Source: Macrostomum lignano (Eukaryota). Taken from it: a stretch of 64,000 bases of DNA. The number at the start of each line of letters is the position of its first letter. Positions within the stretch are counted from its first letter, which is position 1. This document shows, in pieces, positions 34,701 to 47,829 of this stretch. A model generated the notes under the pieces. That model saw only the letters and a program-made list of their open reading frames with translations. It was not told the origin of the DNA and searched no databases. The position numbers and the translations under genes were made by a program. The DNA lies in contig NIVC01000234.1 in the NCBI GenBank assembly GCA_002269645.1, positions 62,001-126,000 of the forward strand, in the 5' to 3' direction.

Positions 34701-36638
34701 GTTCTTCTTGTGATTTGGCATTTTGTGATAGATGGTTTATTTTTTTATGGTTTAAGTCTAAATATTCTAAAAAACAATATTATTAGATTGATTTTTTCAA
34801 ATTACCCAAATAAAAATATTAATATAGCATTTTCTAAGCCCATTAAGCCTAGGAGCAAGCAATTTAATCCTTATTAGGAGAATCAAGCTATTAAAGACTT
34901 GTTTTTCATTGTCAATGGCCTAAAAGGGGGGTCTATAAAGCAACCAATTTGATAATTTGGGTATGCAATTAATATTTTTCATAGTGTTTGTATATTTTTT
35001 ATGAATAACTTCACTGAAATAATGTCTCTAAATAGATGGCATATCAAAAAATGATTGACATTAACTCTTTGATTTTAAAGAAACCAATCAAAATAGGCAA
35101 AGGCAAAACCATAGCAAACAGTATAAGCCAAGAACAATTGTGTTTCTCACAATGCTCATCCACTGCATCTTGGGCTATAGCAAAACTTTTGTCATTGCTC
35201 TGCTTGCTAAATTCTTTATTTGCTATATCTATGTTTGTCTAATGAATTATATTATTTTCTATGGTCTAAGGCTTGTACAACTATGGAAAGGATTAATAGT
35301 GCACCTGAATTCTCAAATTGGTTGCTCTATAGACCCTTTTTTCAGGCCATAGACAATGAAAAACAAGTCTTCAATAGCTTGATTCTCCTATTAAAAATTA
35401 AATTGCTTCTTCCTAGGCTCAATTTGCTTGAAAAATGCTATAAATCATTATACTTTTCAACAGATTTTTCAAATATATATAAAATAAATCTAATTTAAAT
35501 AATTATGAACTGATATTATGAAGTGTCTCTTTTCATTAAAATGACGATAATCACCAAATCTTTCATTTTTCACCAAAAGTAAAGTGTCTATTATAGAAGA
35601 AACTGTCACCAAAATGACTATTTGTTATTAAAATGATTTGTCACAAAACAACTAGGCCCTTAGCACTTTATAGTCAAGAAAGTATCCTATAAGCCATAAT
35701 TTTCTAGCATATATTAGCCCTTCATAGCTCATGGGCATGCATATTTGGGATGCTTGAATTTTAAAAAGTTGCATTTGGCATACAAAAAGATATATACAAA
35801 GATATTGAAAAATAGACAAAAGTATTTTCCTGTTTCTGTAACAGAAGGTAAGGGCCTAGAACACTTCAAAGAAAAAGGCAAGCAGTTAAAAGGTAGTAGG
35901 AATAGAAACAAAAAAAAATTGACATGGCCTACTTTAAGGCATACTTGGTATACACATAAAATTTGCCCAAAAAAACTCTGGCATACTTTGGACATCTTTT
36001 TGACAGTGGCTAGAACTCAAAAAATATTAAAATATAAAAAAATAAAAAATAAAAGTCTTGTTTTCTCATTCATGTCTTGAATTATATGCAATTCACTTGT
36101 ATAGTTGCATACTGAATACTAAAAAGTGTCTTTCAATAGGCTTAGACTCTATGTATCAGCTCAATTGCAAATCCCATAAATGGCAATTGTTGTGTTGACA
36201 TTTGGATTGTTCCTCCTATTCTGTCCTTGTTCCTCCTTGCATGCATAAAATCAATATTAATTTTTCTAGAAAATGTTATGCAGTTAATATTAATAATGCA
36301 GTTATTAAAATAAAAAATGCCAACTGATAAAACTCTAACTAAGGACCTTTAAAACATCATCCAACAATCAACAATGATGCCAGATTGAATTGACTATTGG
36401 CAAGGCCAATAAAGGTTTTTTGCAAGTCGTTTAAACAATTTGTAGACATAAAATTAACTAATAAAACACTGTTTTTATGTAAGCCTACACAATAATATCG
36501 ACAAAGCTTGGTGTCTTCATTATAAAGTTATTAAGTCAGTTCATAATCATTCAAAATAATTCAGAATTGTTTGACAAATTAATTACATACCAGCTTCACG
36601 GTACCCCGGAGCAACTGGTTTTGACCTGAAACCGCCAT
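28771..36638 (-). CDS. SND1: Tudor staphylococcal nuclease; exons 36638-36591, 33978-33719, 33261-32499, 32070-31847, 31114-30829, 30546-29911, 29424-28771 (2871 nt, 956 aa)
   Basis: GTVKL|[86 protein letters not shown], Tudor aromatic cage [18 protein letters not shown]. All GT-AG junctions are phase-consistent. Confidence 0.95.
29575..29815. repeat. (AGAGGGAGAC)n array in SND1 intron
   Basis: Visible array. Confidence 0.9.
30555..30685. repeat. 21-bp array CATGGGGTCGGGATTAACAGC in SND1 intron
   Basis: About six copies. Confidence 0.85.
31225..31715. repeat. ~37-bp array GTGTCCTTAAATGACCCCTTGCTACCCTACCCTTCCC in SND1 intron
   Basis: Visible array. Confidence 0.9.
32140..32350. repeat. 20-bp array GGGTCATGGGGATCAGAATT in SND1 intron
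   Basis: Visible degenerate array. Confidence 0.85.
33400..33630. repeat. ~20-bp array GAAACTTCAGAGAGATAGGA in SND1 intron
   Basis: Visible array. Confidence 0.85.
34042..34108 (+). mobile_element. tRNA-derived SINE head fragment
   Basis: A box TAGCCTAGTGG and B box GGTTCAATTC; shares TGTAGCCTAGTGGTCAGAGC with the SINE at 48130. Confidence 0.7.
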
Positions 36639-37612
36639 TTAAAGAGAAAGCCTTTAACTTATACAACTGTTTTTTAGAAGTTAATCACTTAATTACTTAA
36701 GCGAACTCTTACGCTTTTTACTCAGCTAGCGCGCGTGAAACTAAACAATCTGACTCACGTCAAAAATAGAAGTTTACTCGGTAAAACAACTAAATATTAC
36801 AAATTTACAGTTTCAACGATTTATAACGGTAACAATGTCTAATGATAGCTTTTAATTATTAGAAAATATTTAAGAGTCATAACTTCAAATATATATATAC
36901 TTCCAAATCGCTGGTTTGGATTGGGTCAAGACTGAGAGGGTTATGCATCGCTACTTACTTTGACCGTTTACACATTTATTACTACATCTGCATGTAACAT
37001 GTATGTATAACTGAACAATTTGCTTAACATGAGAGACCTGGAAACAGCTGAAACTGAGTACTGTCTTGTATGTTTAGAAAGCAGCATGTATGTGACTGAC
37101 ATGTACATGCATGTAAATAAAGGTTAATGTTCTGGATACAATGGCTTTACGGGATCATGTGTGCTTAATCACCCACTTAAAAGAATTGACAGCAAGGGAA
37201 ATTCTACATATATGTATCTGCTTTAGTAAACAACATTAGAATTTTCGTCGAGGCGAAAAAATATAACAGATCGATCGATGCTTCTCGACTTTATAAAGAC
37301 TATTATAAGCGTTGAAGAAGCTGCATTAGCCAAACCACGATGTACATGTACATGTATATAGTATCCGTTAAGTGAGGGCTTTTTGCACTTGCAACCAAGC
37401 TATTTATACGATTTATTTATCGTTGCTTGCTGTGGACATGGTGAAAGCGGTAGTATATATTGTTGGGAATATAATTTAATAACTTGATAAATCTTATAAA
37501 CGCGTTGCTAAGATTGTTTATTTGCTGGGGGGCCATATCTTAGGAGAGCCAGTAGCTTGTTAAGGAATCGTGAAAATTCGGGACAGATTGACATCAAAAC
37601 CTGACAAGCAGG

Positions 37613-37685
37613 GGCGCCAGATCAGCGCGCAAGGGAGCGCCAGATCAGCGCGCAAGGGAGCGCCAGATCAGCGCGCAAGGGGGCC
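37613..37685. repeat. Three copies of 23-mer GCGCCAGATCAGCGCGCAAGGGA
   Basis: Visible tandem copies. Confidence 0.9.
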
Positions 37686-38022
37686 ATTGTTTTTGCCTCT
37701 TGGGTAGGCCAGCCCCCTTTGCCCTCCTGAGCTGGCTCTGCCCTTGCCATAACTACATTTACTCCTTGTCTACAGTAAAATTCTCTTGAGAATCATGGCC
37801 TAAAATTAAATTGCTCTCTGTCATTCTATGTTCATTTTAACCAAATGTTTTCAAGTAAAGTCACGTTCCCCGTGCCCTCCATATGTTGTCGTCTCTGCAG
37901 AACAGGTGCTGGAAGATTTAGCATCTGACATGATTTATTTCACTTACAACAAACGGTATTTAATAGACTCGACCTTACCGTCTAAACAGTGAGGACTCGA
38001 CTGCAATCATATTGTAAAAACC

Positions 38023-41000
38023 ATGAGCTCCTTGCTGTGTTGGTTGCATACCTGCCTGTTGATTGTCGCTTTGACCAAAGCGTCTGCCTCAGCTGACCTC
38101 AACTTGCCAGGTGTGGTGGTTGCTTGGGGTTTTTGGGGAAATTTGTACATTCGAGATACTCACTTGTAATAAATATATTGTCTGACGTCATTCCAGGCCC
38201 ACTGGTAGGCCTTAGCAACTGTCGGCAGAGCTCGGTGGCTCTAGGCAGCATCTGCCAGTCAGCAATTAGCAATCGTCTTCCCACCGGAGGCTTCACGAAC
38301 CCGAAGGCCTGCTCTCAGACTCGACATGGTAACAGTGAATGGTGGCAGGCGCAGCTGACGTCAAACTCCGCAGCTCGCGTCACCTTCGTGCAAGTCCATC
38401 AGCTGAAAGGATGCTGCAAAAACGCATCAAAACCGCTACTGACAGTCACTCTTGATGGCAACGACTGTCCGCTGCGCATCCTGAAGCTTCAGCAACGCTC
38501 CCGACAGGTGTTCTTCTGCAACCGGACTGGCCAGACTGTTCGGGTGACCAGCGAGTTGCCGAACACGCAGCTCACAGTCTGTCAGGTTCAAGTATTCGCT
38601 GAGAACTTGGCTGATATTGACGCAGATCGTGAGTTTGAAATCAACACTTAGTATAGACTGCTTTGACCGATCTGTTCCTGAGTGACCCGGACGCTCTAAA
38701 GTGTTCCTGACATCCCAAAGTAACCCTAAACGTACCATGGTAACCCTAGGATATGCTCTAAAAGATACTAAAGTAAATTGGGTTTCTGTTCACAATGATT
38801 GTACTTTATATTTGTGATAGGGAGGCTGTAAACACCCTGCTGGCGCATTTCAACCGACATTGTCACACAACCGGCGAGAGGCATTACTGCCCATTCCGCC
38901 AACTCCCTAGCTAATTGAGCAGGCACACAAGCGCGCGGATACGTACGCAGTCATATGCACAGGCACAGACTCACACAGGAGTGTACAGCGGCCCTAACTT
39001 TATTTATCGTTAGGCATGTAGACTTCACTGTGCCTTGGGGATTGGCCCTCAAGGGCGTTAATTAATTGCACGAGCAGAGCCAAGCCGAGAGTCCAGTTTA
39101 GCTCCAAATAAATGTGACTGCCTTGGAATCCAGCCTGGGCCGCTGGTACATCAGAGCGCCGCGCTAGTCCAATAGGAGAATCAAGACACCATGAGGGGAA
39201 TCAAGACACCAGGAGGGGAATCAAGATACCAGGAGGGGAATCAAGACACGAGGAGGGGAATCAAGATACCATACCAGTAGGGGAATCAAGATACCAGGAG
39301 GGGAATCAAGACACCAGGAGGGGAATCAAGACACCAGGAGGGGAATCAAGACACCAGGAGGGGAATCAAGACACCAGGAGGGGAATCAAGATACCAGTAG
39401 GCGAATCAAAACACCAGGAGGGGAATCAAGACACCAGGAGGGGAATCAAGACACCAGGAGGGGAATCAAGACATCAGGAGGGGAATCAAGACACCAGGAG
39501 GGGAATCAAGACACCAGGAGGGGAATCAAGATACCAGTAGGCGAATCAAAACACCAGGAGGGGAATCAAGACACCAGGAGGGGAATCAAGACACCAGGAG
39601 GGGAATCAAGACACCAGGAGGGGAATCAAGACATCAGGAGGGGAATCAAGACATCAGGAGGGGAATCAAGACACCAGGAGGGGAATCAAGATACCAGTAG
39701 GCGAATCAAGACACCAGGAGGGGAATCAAGACACCAGGAGGGGAATCAAGACACCAGGAGGGGAATCAAGACATCAGGAGGGGAATCAAGACACCAGGAG
39801 GGGAATCAAGATACCAGTAGGGGAATTAAGACACAAGGGGAATCAGACCAACCGCTGCGGACTCCAGATTATGGACCCAGCTTAGTTACTATATACCCAT
39901 TAACTCTGCAGATCCCCTCCTGCAGCTGTCAAACTGTTCTCAGCTGCCTCCCAGTAGTTCAGCCACGTGCCAGAAAGCCACAGACAGCAGGACACGAACT
40001 GGCTGCATCGCTGTGCCTGAAAACGGCTGGTGGGAAGCTCAGACGCAGAAGGCCAGCCTCATCAAGTATGTCAGAATCTACTCGGCCATGACCTGCTGTC
40101 AGGCCTACAAGTTCTCTGTGTCAGTAGACGGTTCCAACTGCATCTCATATTCAGGCGCATACTTTAGCGCAAGAGATTTTCTATGCAAACGTAAAGGCCG
40201 AAACATTCAAATTGTCAACCGGATGCAAACTGGTCAGCTCCTCCTGTGCGAGGTGCAAGCCTTCGGCAGCAGGCGAACTCCTGTGGACTATGGAGGTGAG
40301 TCAGTTCCTGCTAGATGATCTGTGTTCTTACGTGAAAATGTCTTTGTCTTCAAGTTCAGTTGTTAGCTCTGTTGTCTCGTTGTCTTACAGGGCGTTTACA
40401 TCCCAAACTTTACGCTCCCCAACACCACACCACTTGGAGCTCAGTGACACTCAAACTTGGCGCTCAGTGACACTCAAACTTGGCGCTCAGTGACACTCAA
40501 CCTTGGCGCTCAGTGACACTCAAACTTGGGCGCTCAGTGACACTCAACCTTGGCGCTCAGTGACACTCAAACTTGGGCGCTCAGTGACACTCAAACTTGG
40601 CGCTCAGTGACACTCAAACTTGGCGCTCAAAGCCACTCAAACTTGGGCGCTCAATGACACCCAAACTTGGCGCTCAGTGACACTCAAACTTGGCTCAACA
40701 AACTCAAACTCTCAGAATTCATTCCCCCATTGTATACTGCAACTTGGCACCAGGGTTGACCGCCTTCATCTCCATTGAATCCCGCCAGTGCCGATTCATC
40801 TGTCCAGCTGCAGCCAGAGCTCCTCGGTCAATGGTGGCCCATGTGGCAAAGCTCTTGACGGCAGCGTCGCTCAGGCGTGCGCCAGGTGCGCCCGAACTCG
40901 CGTTGAGCGCGGCTGGTGGCAGGGACGCACCAGCCAACGAGTGCTGGTGAAATTCGTTCGAATTTTTCTGCCCAACGCCGGGAGCGGCTGCGGTCCGAAA

Positions 41001-42083
41001 GATCTCGAACGAGCTCTGGTGACTGTCAGCGGGACGGAGTGCACGCCGTTCGAGAGCGGACCCTCGGTGTACATCCTATTCTGCAATGCGACAGGACAAG
41101 ATGTTACAATTCGGAATCTGCACGCATCGGAGTTGACCATCTGTGAGGTGCAGGCCATGGGAGCGTACCTGGAGTCGGAGCATCGAGAGCGTCATCATAA
41201 ACACATTCAAAAAGGACGTGGGCATCATCATAGAAAAGTGTTTCCACCTCGTAAGACACTTTTCAAAGCACATCTTAGCCTCTGATTTGATCGTAAGAAA
41301 TTGTAAATTTAGCTCAATAGTGGTGAACTGCACATGCATCAAAGTCTCCTGACTTTAGACTATATGTTCACTATACGGAAACACACATTAATACTATGAG
41401 CTACCAGATCTCATGAACAGACACGTTGATAATAGCAATCGTCACACAGACACAACAATGCTAGCAGCCCTCATAAAGACCCATAGATGATTACCAGCCT
41501 TAAAAGGACACATTGATACCATCAGCCCTCACAAAGACACATAGATGATACCAGCCTTCCAAAGACACATAGGTGTGACCAACCAGCTCTCAGACTGACA
41601 CATTGCAGCAGCTCCAAGCTTTCAAAACCTTTCCCAGATTGGCCCAATCCCCACCGACCGCACCGTCGACCCATCCTGGTGCGGTGCTCGCAGAGCTCCT
41701 CCGTCCCTGGCAGCCACTGTCGACTCGCCACTGACGGCAGTCGCAAACGATGCGCAAAGACTGCCGCTGAGAGAGGCGCCTGGTGGCAGGCGGGGCTTCA
41801 CCATCCGCGTGGGACAAAATCCCACCGAGTTGGCGCAGTTGTGCTGGCTCTGGAGCAAACTCTGTCTCGAAGAGTTCTACAGTCAGCCAAGGCACTGAAA
41901 CGCCTGCGCGTTACCGTCAACAACCAGCCGTGTCGAATGCATTCAACGCACCACCGCGGTAGCGGCGCCGAGTTTGAATGCAACAAAATTGGCGACCTGA
42001 TCCGGGTGAGCAATGGGCCCGATGGTTCGATGGCTCCACTGGTACTCTGCGAGGTTCTCGTGCTGGCATGGCCTATTCAATGA
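38023..42083 (+). CDS. Secreted protein with four tandem F-type lectin (fucolectin/discoidin-like) domains; exons 38023-38110, 38197-38628, 39912-40295, 40789-41250, 41638-42083 (603 aa)
   Basis: Signal peptide exon MSSLLCWLHTCLLIVALTKASA. Each later exon has C-x-Q...C..A.D...C..T...WW...V..V.I...C...F.C...G..V.I...L.(L/I/V)C(E/Q)V. Donors GTGAGT, GTGAGT and GTAAGA are all phase 1; internal exons of 432, 384 and 462 nt are multiples of 3. Confidence 0.75.
39170..39840. repeat. 20-bp array GGGAATCAAGACACCAGGAG in lectin intron
   Basis: Visible array. Confidence 0.95.
40435..40700. repeat. 23-bp array CACTCAAACTTGGCGCTCAGTGA in lectin intron
   Basis: Visible array. Confidence 0.9.
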
Positions 42084-42473
42084 ACGGAGCCGAAAATACC
42101 AGATATTACTCAAGAGAGTTGGTGATGGTAGATAACGCAAATTATTCACATTTTCAGTGGTGCTTGTTTAAAAGGATGAAAAAATTTTTTTTTCTTCGTC
42201 ATCGTTTTATCCATTTATGCAAATGCAATCGATGAAAATTGAAACAGTCGCTTCGTAAGAATGGTTGTAAAATTTTTTGTTTTAAACTAACAAAGCTTTT
42301 AGCCTGCAAGCTGAGCACTAACGAGATCGTGAAAGTGGTTCGAGAGATAGGGATGCAATTTTAAACAAAACAAAAAATGCTTTTTGAAATTAACGTCACT
42401 TTTTCACTTGCGTCATCCACCCGTCATCCACCCGTCGAATCAATCAAGGCGGAAAACAAATGAAAATCCCATT

Positions 42474-42509
<36 letters not shown>

Positions 42510-42693
42510 CTCAAATGATTTCGATAAGAGATAAGAGAGAGGATTTTAAATTTTCACCGAGAAGGTTTGCGTTAAAATATTTGTTATATTGACTACGATG
42601 GCGACTTAAAGGAGTAGAAAATTCAATTTAAATACGACTAAGATTCGGGTTCAGATCAAAGAACATAGCTTATGCTTCGGAAAACTATAGAAA

Positions 42694-43752
42694 ATGTTAT
42701 TAATATTGCTATTTTTTCTATCAACTTTGACAACGGTTCAGTCGGTATCGGCAACCGCCAACTGCAAACTAAAGTACTGCAAGTACTCCAGCCAGTGCAG
42801 CGATGAGAAGTGGGCCATCGAGCGTCTGTACTCAGTCGCAAGCGAGCCGGCCTGTGTAATGCAGCTGCACCGCAGAATCCACAGTCGAGAGCCGCCAGAC
42901 GACGACTTGGTTGCTCAATGGAGCAAACAATCCAGCATCTGCTCCATCTTTCACTATCAGGCTGTCTGTCGGGACATTGCTAAGCAATCTTCGAACAACT
43001 ATCAGTGCTTGATTTATCGCATCAAGGCTCTGGCGACCTGTTATGCATCATCGCTTAGCGATCGTTTCATCGGAGTCTGGCTGGCGGGTGGGAGCAGCCG
43101 GTTCAGCAACCTGGTGTGCCAGAATGACACCACAGCGAGAGTCGGAGATCACCGACTGGAGAGCATCAACTTGAAGTGGACCGACGAAGGCGCCAAATTC
43201 GATGGCCGAACATCCTACGCTCTGCTAAACGACAGTCGATTCATTCTCCCGAACGCCTCCTTCACCTGGCTGATTCGATTCAAACGGACTCCGAAAGTGC
43301 AGCCACTTCTGGAAGCCATCGATTGCGCCAATCTCACAAAATTCGGGCCGCACCTGTGGGAATTTGATAAAGCTAATCGATTGTTCTTCGACACCGGAGG
43401 AAAGTCGCTGCCGTTTCTGTGGTTCTGCACTGACTTGGGCGCCCTGCCAAACAGCTCGTCTGCATGGGTGGACGTCGGCATGACTGCCAATCTGCAGCTG
43501 TCAAACACTCTAAAGCAGGTCGAGTTCTATGTAGATGGCCACTTCTTGAACAGCTACAGCGGCCACCTGAGCCAGTCTACCCAGTTGGACTGCTTCAAAC
43601 TCCTAATCGGTCACCGGAAGGCGGACAACTCGTCACGCGAATTGCTAAATAGAGTGGACTCCTTCATGGAAGGGATCGTCAGAGCCGTTGCAGTCGCTAA
43701 CAACTCCATGTCGCTGGACGAAATTCGATATTTCTTCAGTCAAGTTCCCTGA
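42694..43752 (+). CDS. Secreted protein: Cys-rich PAN/apple-like region plus concanavalin-A/LamG (pentraxin-like) domain, single exon
   Basis: Hydrophobic signal peptide; AC...CSIFHY..C; KFDGRTSY, FTWLIRFK, WVDVGMT, FYVDG, LLIG, FMEGIVRAVAVANNSMSLDEI pattern of Laminin_G_3-type domains. Confidence 0.7.
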   Translation: MLLILLFFLSTLTTVQSVSATANCKLKYCKYSSQCSDEKWAIERLYSVASEPACVMQLHRRIHSREPPDDDLVAQWSKQSSICSIFHYQAVCRDIAKQSSNNYQCLIYRIKALATCYASSLSDRFIGVWLAGGSSRFSNLVCQNDTTARVGDHRLESINLKWTDEGAKFDGRTSYALLNDSRFILPNASFTWLIRFKRTPKVQPLLEAIDCANLTKFGPHLWEFDKANRLFFDTGGKSLPFLWFCTDLGALPNSSSAWVDVGMTANLQLSNTLKQVEFYVDGHFLNSYSGHLSQSTQLDCFKLLIGHRKADNSSRELLNRVDSFMEGIVRAVAVANNSMSLDEIRYFFSQVP

Positions 43753-44869
43753 AGTCATCCTGTTTAAAAAAGTTTGTTTTAATTTTATTAAAACATTTTA
43801 AAATTTAAAATTTACCGGAGTATGTCAGATACCATCTATGTCAGTAATATATGTCTAATATATGTCAGATATGTCAGTATGTAAGACACTATCCGGAGTC
43901 TGTTACAGCAGTTTGAAGATTCAACCAAACCGTAAAATCGTTTAATATATACGCTCGTAATTATAGAATTAAGGACACTCAGTAGAAGGAGAAGAGAAAC
44001 TCGTTTCTAGAAAAATTTAAGGAGGCAGGTTTTTCCGGAAAATACATTACGGAGATAGGAAGTTCCCATTTTTTTCAGCACAAAATTGTTATTGCCTTCA
44101 AGAGGAGGCAAACCAGAGAAGGTAGTGTAATAATTTTCCAAGAAACGAGGTTTCCCATCCTTCCTACTTGAGCAGTCCTTGTATAAAATCTGACATTTCT
44201 TGACAATAAACAACTTTCGAGCCCTCCTACATCTTTAATTCCCTTTTGTCAATTTTTACCTGATCAATTTTTATCTATACACGGATCTTCTTATTTTCCC
44301 ATTACTAAAAAGTAATTCTGTATCTAAGCCTTACCAGCCTACTTGTAAGTAGAGGTATCTGTACAAGAAACAAAGATTTGATGGCCGACTATTTCATTCT
44401 AAACTGAGTAACATGAGATCTCTAGATTTAAAAGCTGAAATTGAGAATGAGTTTCACATGCAGAAGAAGATGGTGAGAGATAAACGATCAAGGGTGAGAT
44501 GAGAGAGAGAGATACTAGATTAGAGGAAAATATACTACTGATTACAATGAGTTGAGGCATGCATAAAGAGAATGGTGGAAATAGGGATTAAATTGGAAAT
44601 CACTGAATGGGGTTGACATCCAGGAATGAGATTAGACATACAAAAATGAAATTCAACATCAATGAGATTCAGACATCAGGAGGAATGAAGTTTCAAATAC
44701 ATGTATAAGGAACTAGATTAGACATGCAGGTATGACATTATACGTGTACAGTATATATAGGTAAAATATTTGGAGTTCATGAAAAAGATTACACATCGAG
44801 GAGTGAGATTGGAGATCCAGAAAAGTGATAAGACATGTCGGAATAAGATTGGATACATAGGATTGAGAT

Positions 44870-47110
44870 TAGACACACAAGAATGAGATTAGGCATGCAG
44901 GAATGAGATTAGACATGCAGGAATGAGATTAGACATGCAGGAATAAGGTTAGACCTCCAGGAATGAGATTAGACATGCAGGAATGAGATTAGACATGCAG
45001 GAATGAGGTTAAGCATGCAGGAATGAGATTAGACTTCTAAGAATGAAATCAGACATCCAGGAATGGGGTTAGATATCCAGGAATGGGGTTAGACCTCCAG
45101 AAATGAGATTAGACATGCAGGAATGAGATTAGACATGCAGGAATAAGGTTAGACCTCCAGGAATGAGATTAGACATGCAGGAATGAGATTATACATCCAG
45201 GAATGAGATTAGGTATCCAGGAATGATTAGACATCCAGGAATGATTAGACATCTAGGAATGAGACTAGACATGCAGGAATGAGGTTAAGCATGCAGGAAT
45301 GAGATTAGACTTCTAAGAATGAAATCAGACATCCAGGAATGGGGTTAGACCTCCAGGAATGAGATTAGACATGCAGGAATGAGATTAGACATGCAGGAAT
45401 AAGGTTAGACCTTTAGGAATGAGATTAGACATGCAAGAATGAGATTAGACATGCAGGAATGAGATTAGACATGCAGGAATGAGATTAGACATGCAGGAAT
45501 AAGGTTAGACCTCCAGGAATGAGATTAGACATCCAGGAATGAGATTAGGTATCCAGGAATGATTAGACATCTAGGAATGAGACTAGACATGCAGGAATGA
45601 GTTTAGACATGCAGGAATGAGATTAGACATGCAGGAATGAGATTAGACATGCAGGAATAAGGTTAGACCTCCAGGAATGAGATTAGACATGCAGGAATGA
45701 GATTATACATCCAGGAATGAGATTAGGTATCCAGGAATGATTAGACATCCAGGAATGATTAGACATCTAGGAATGAGACTAGACATGCAGGAATGAGGTT
45801 AAGCATGCAGGAATGAGATTAGACTTCTAAGAATGAAATCAGACATCCAGGAATGGGGTTAGACCTCCAGGAATGAGATTAGACATGCAGGAATGAGATT
45901 AGACATGCAGGAATAAGGTTAGACCTTTAGGAATGAGATTAGACATGCAAGAATGAGATTAGACATGCAGGAATGAGATTAGACATGCAGGAATGAGATT
46001 AGACATGCAGGAATAAGGTTAGACCTCCAGGAATGAGATTAGACATCCAGGAATGAGATTAGGTATCCAGGAATGATTAGACATCTAGGAATGAGACTAG
46101 ACATGCAGGAATGAGTTTAGACATGCAGGAATGAGATTAGACATGCAGGAATGAGATTAGACATGCAGGAATAAGGTTAGACCTCCAGGAATGAGATTAG
46201 ACATGCAGGAATGAGATTAGACATCCAGGAATGAGATTAGGTATCCAGGAATGATTAGACATCCAGGAATGATTAGACATCTAGGAATGAGACTAGACAT
46301 GCAGGAATGAGGTTAAGCATGCAGGAATGAGATTAGACTTCTAAGAATGAAATCAGACATCCAGGAATGGGGTTAGACCTCCAGGAATGAGATTAGACAT
46401 GCAGGAATGAGATTAGACATGCAGGAATAAGGTTAGACCTTTAGGAATGAGATTAGACATGCAAGAATGAGATTAGACATGCAGGAATGAGATTAGACAT
46501 GCAGGAATGAGATTAGACATGCAGGAATAAGGTTAGACCTCCAGGAATGAGATTAGACATCCAGGAATGAGATTAGGTATCCAGGAATGATTAGACATCT
46601 AGGAATGAGACTAGACATGCAGGAATGAGTTTAGACATGCAGGAATGAGATTAGACATGCAGGAATGAGATTAGACATGCAGGAATAAGGTTAGACCTCC
46701 AGGAATGAGATTAGACATGCAGGAATGAGATTAGACATCCAGGAATGAGATTAGGTATCCAGGAATGATTAGACATCCAGGAATGATTAGACATCTAGGA
46801 ATGAGACTAGACATGCAGGAATGAGTTTAAGCATGCAGGAATGAGATTAGACTTCTAAGAATGAAATCAGACATCCAGGAATGGGGTTAGATATCCAGGA
46901 ATGGGGTTAGACCTCCAGAAATGAGATTAGACATGCAGGAATGAGATTAGACATGCAGGAATAAGGTTAGACCTCCAGGAATGAGATTAGACATCCAGGA
47001 ATGAGATTAGGCATCCAGAAATGATTAGACATCCAGGAATGAGACTAGACATGCAGGAACGAGGTTAAGCATCCAAGAAAAAGATTAGACATTCACGAAT
47101 GAGATTAGAC
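44870..47110. repeat. 20-bp satellite GAATGAGATTAGACATGCAG with ~514-bp higher-order repeat
   Basis: The variant GAATGGGGTTAGACCTCCAG recurs at 45341, 45855 and 46369. Confidence 0.95.
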
Positions 47111-47829
47111 ATCTCGAAATAAGACAGCAATCCTGGAATGCAAGATCTCATATGCAAGACGTGGATCCACTGATGGCGCGCACTAAGATAGCAGGCATCG
47201 CTTTGAATTCACGAGCTGTGTAGGTATTGCAGTACGCTGTCGTTCCAGCTGCCCCAACCCTATCGCGGCCACTTGATGAGGCCACTGCGGCATCCCAATA
47301 CTCGGCCGCGAGTGTGCCCGCGTGTGCCCAGCTGGCAAAGATATCCCTTCAATTAGCTAATGAAGTGGCCGCATCTCCTGACCCCTTTGCCCTCATCCCC
47401 TGGAGGCAAACTCGACACTCAATCAGCTGGTCCATCAGCTGCTCCGATCGTCATTCTATTTGTCGGTGGCATCAAAATCCTCTGGGGGGGGGGATTTTTT
47501 CTATCTGTATTTGGGTTCGAGAGAATTTTCAGGACTACAGGAAACTGGTCGATGATGAGGTTGCCTGATAGTTTTGGGTTCGTTAGTTTGCCGGGGGCTT
47601 AGGGCTCTGCCCGCAAAAGGGCGACAAGTCATGGTATTAAGACATGGTACATACTACTGAAGTAACTGTGCCTTGGAGTTGGCCTTCATTGACGAGAATT
47701 TATGTTTCGTGCACAAGCCCCAAATTAATTAATTAACGAGAGGTGAGAGTTGAGACACTTTCGAAACTGGGGCTTGTTGTGTACCGTTCCATAGACTCTG
47801 GGTTTCATAGGTGTCAAGCTCCCAATGGA

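Noticed and set aside
39170-47110. CRISPR-like regular repeats
   Set aside because: Units are head-to-tail without unique spacers, no cas genes are present, and the context is eukaryotic.
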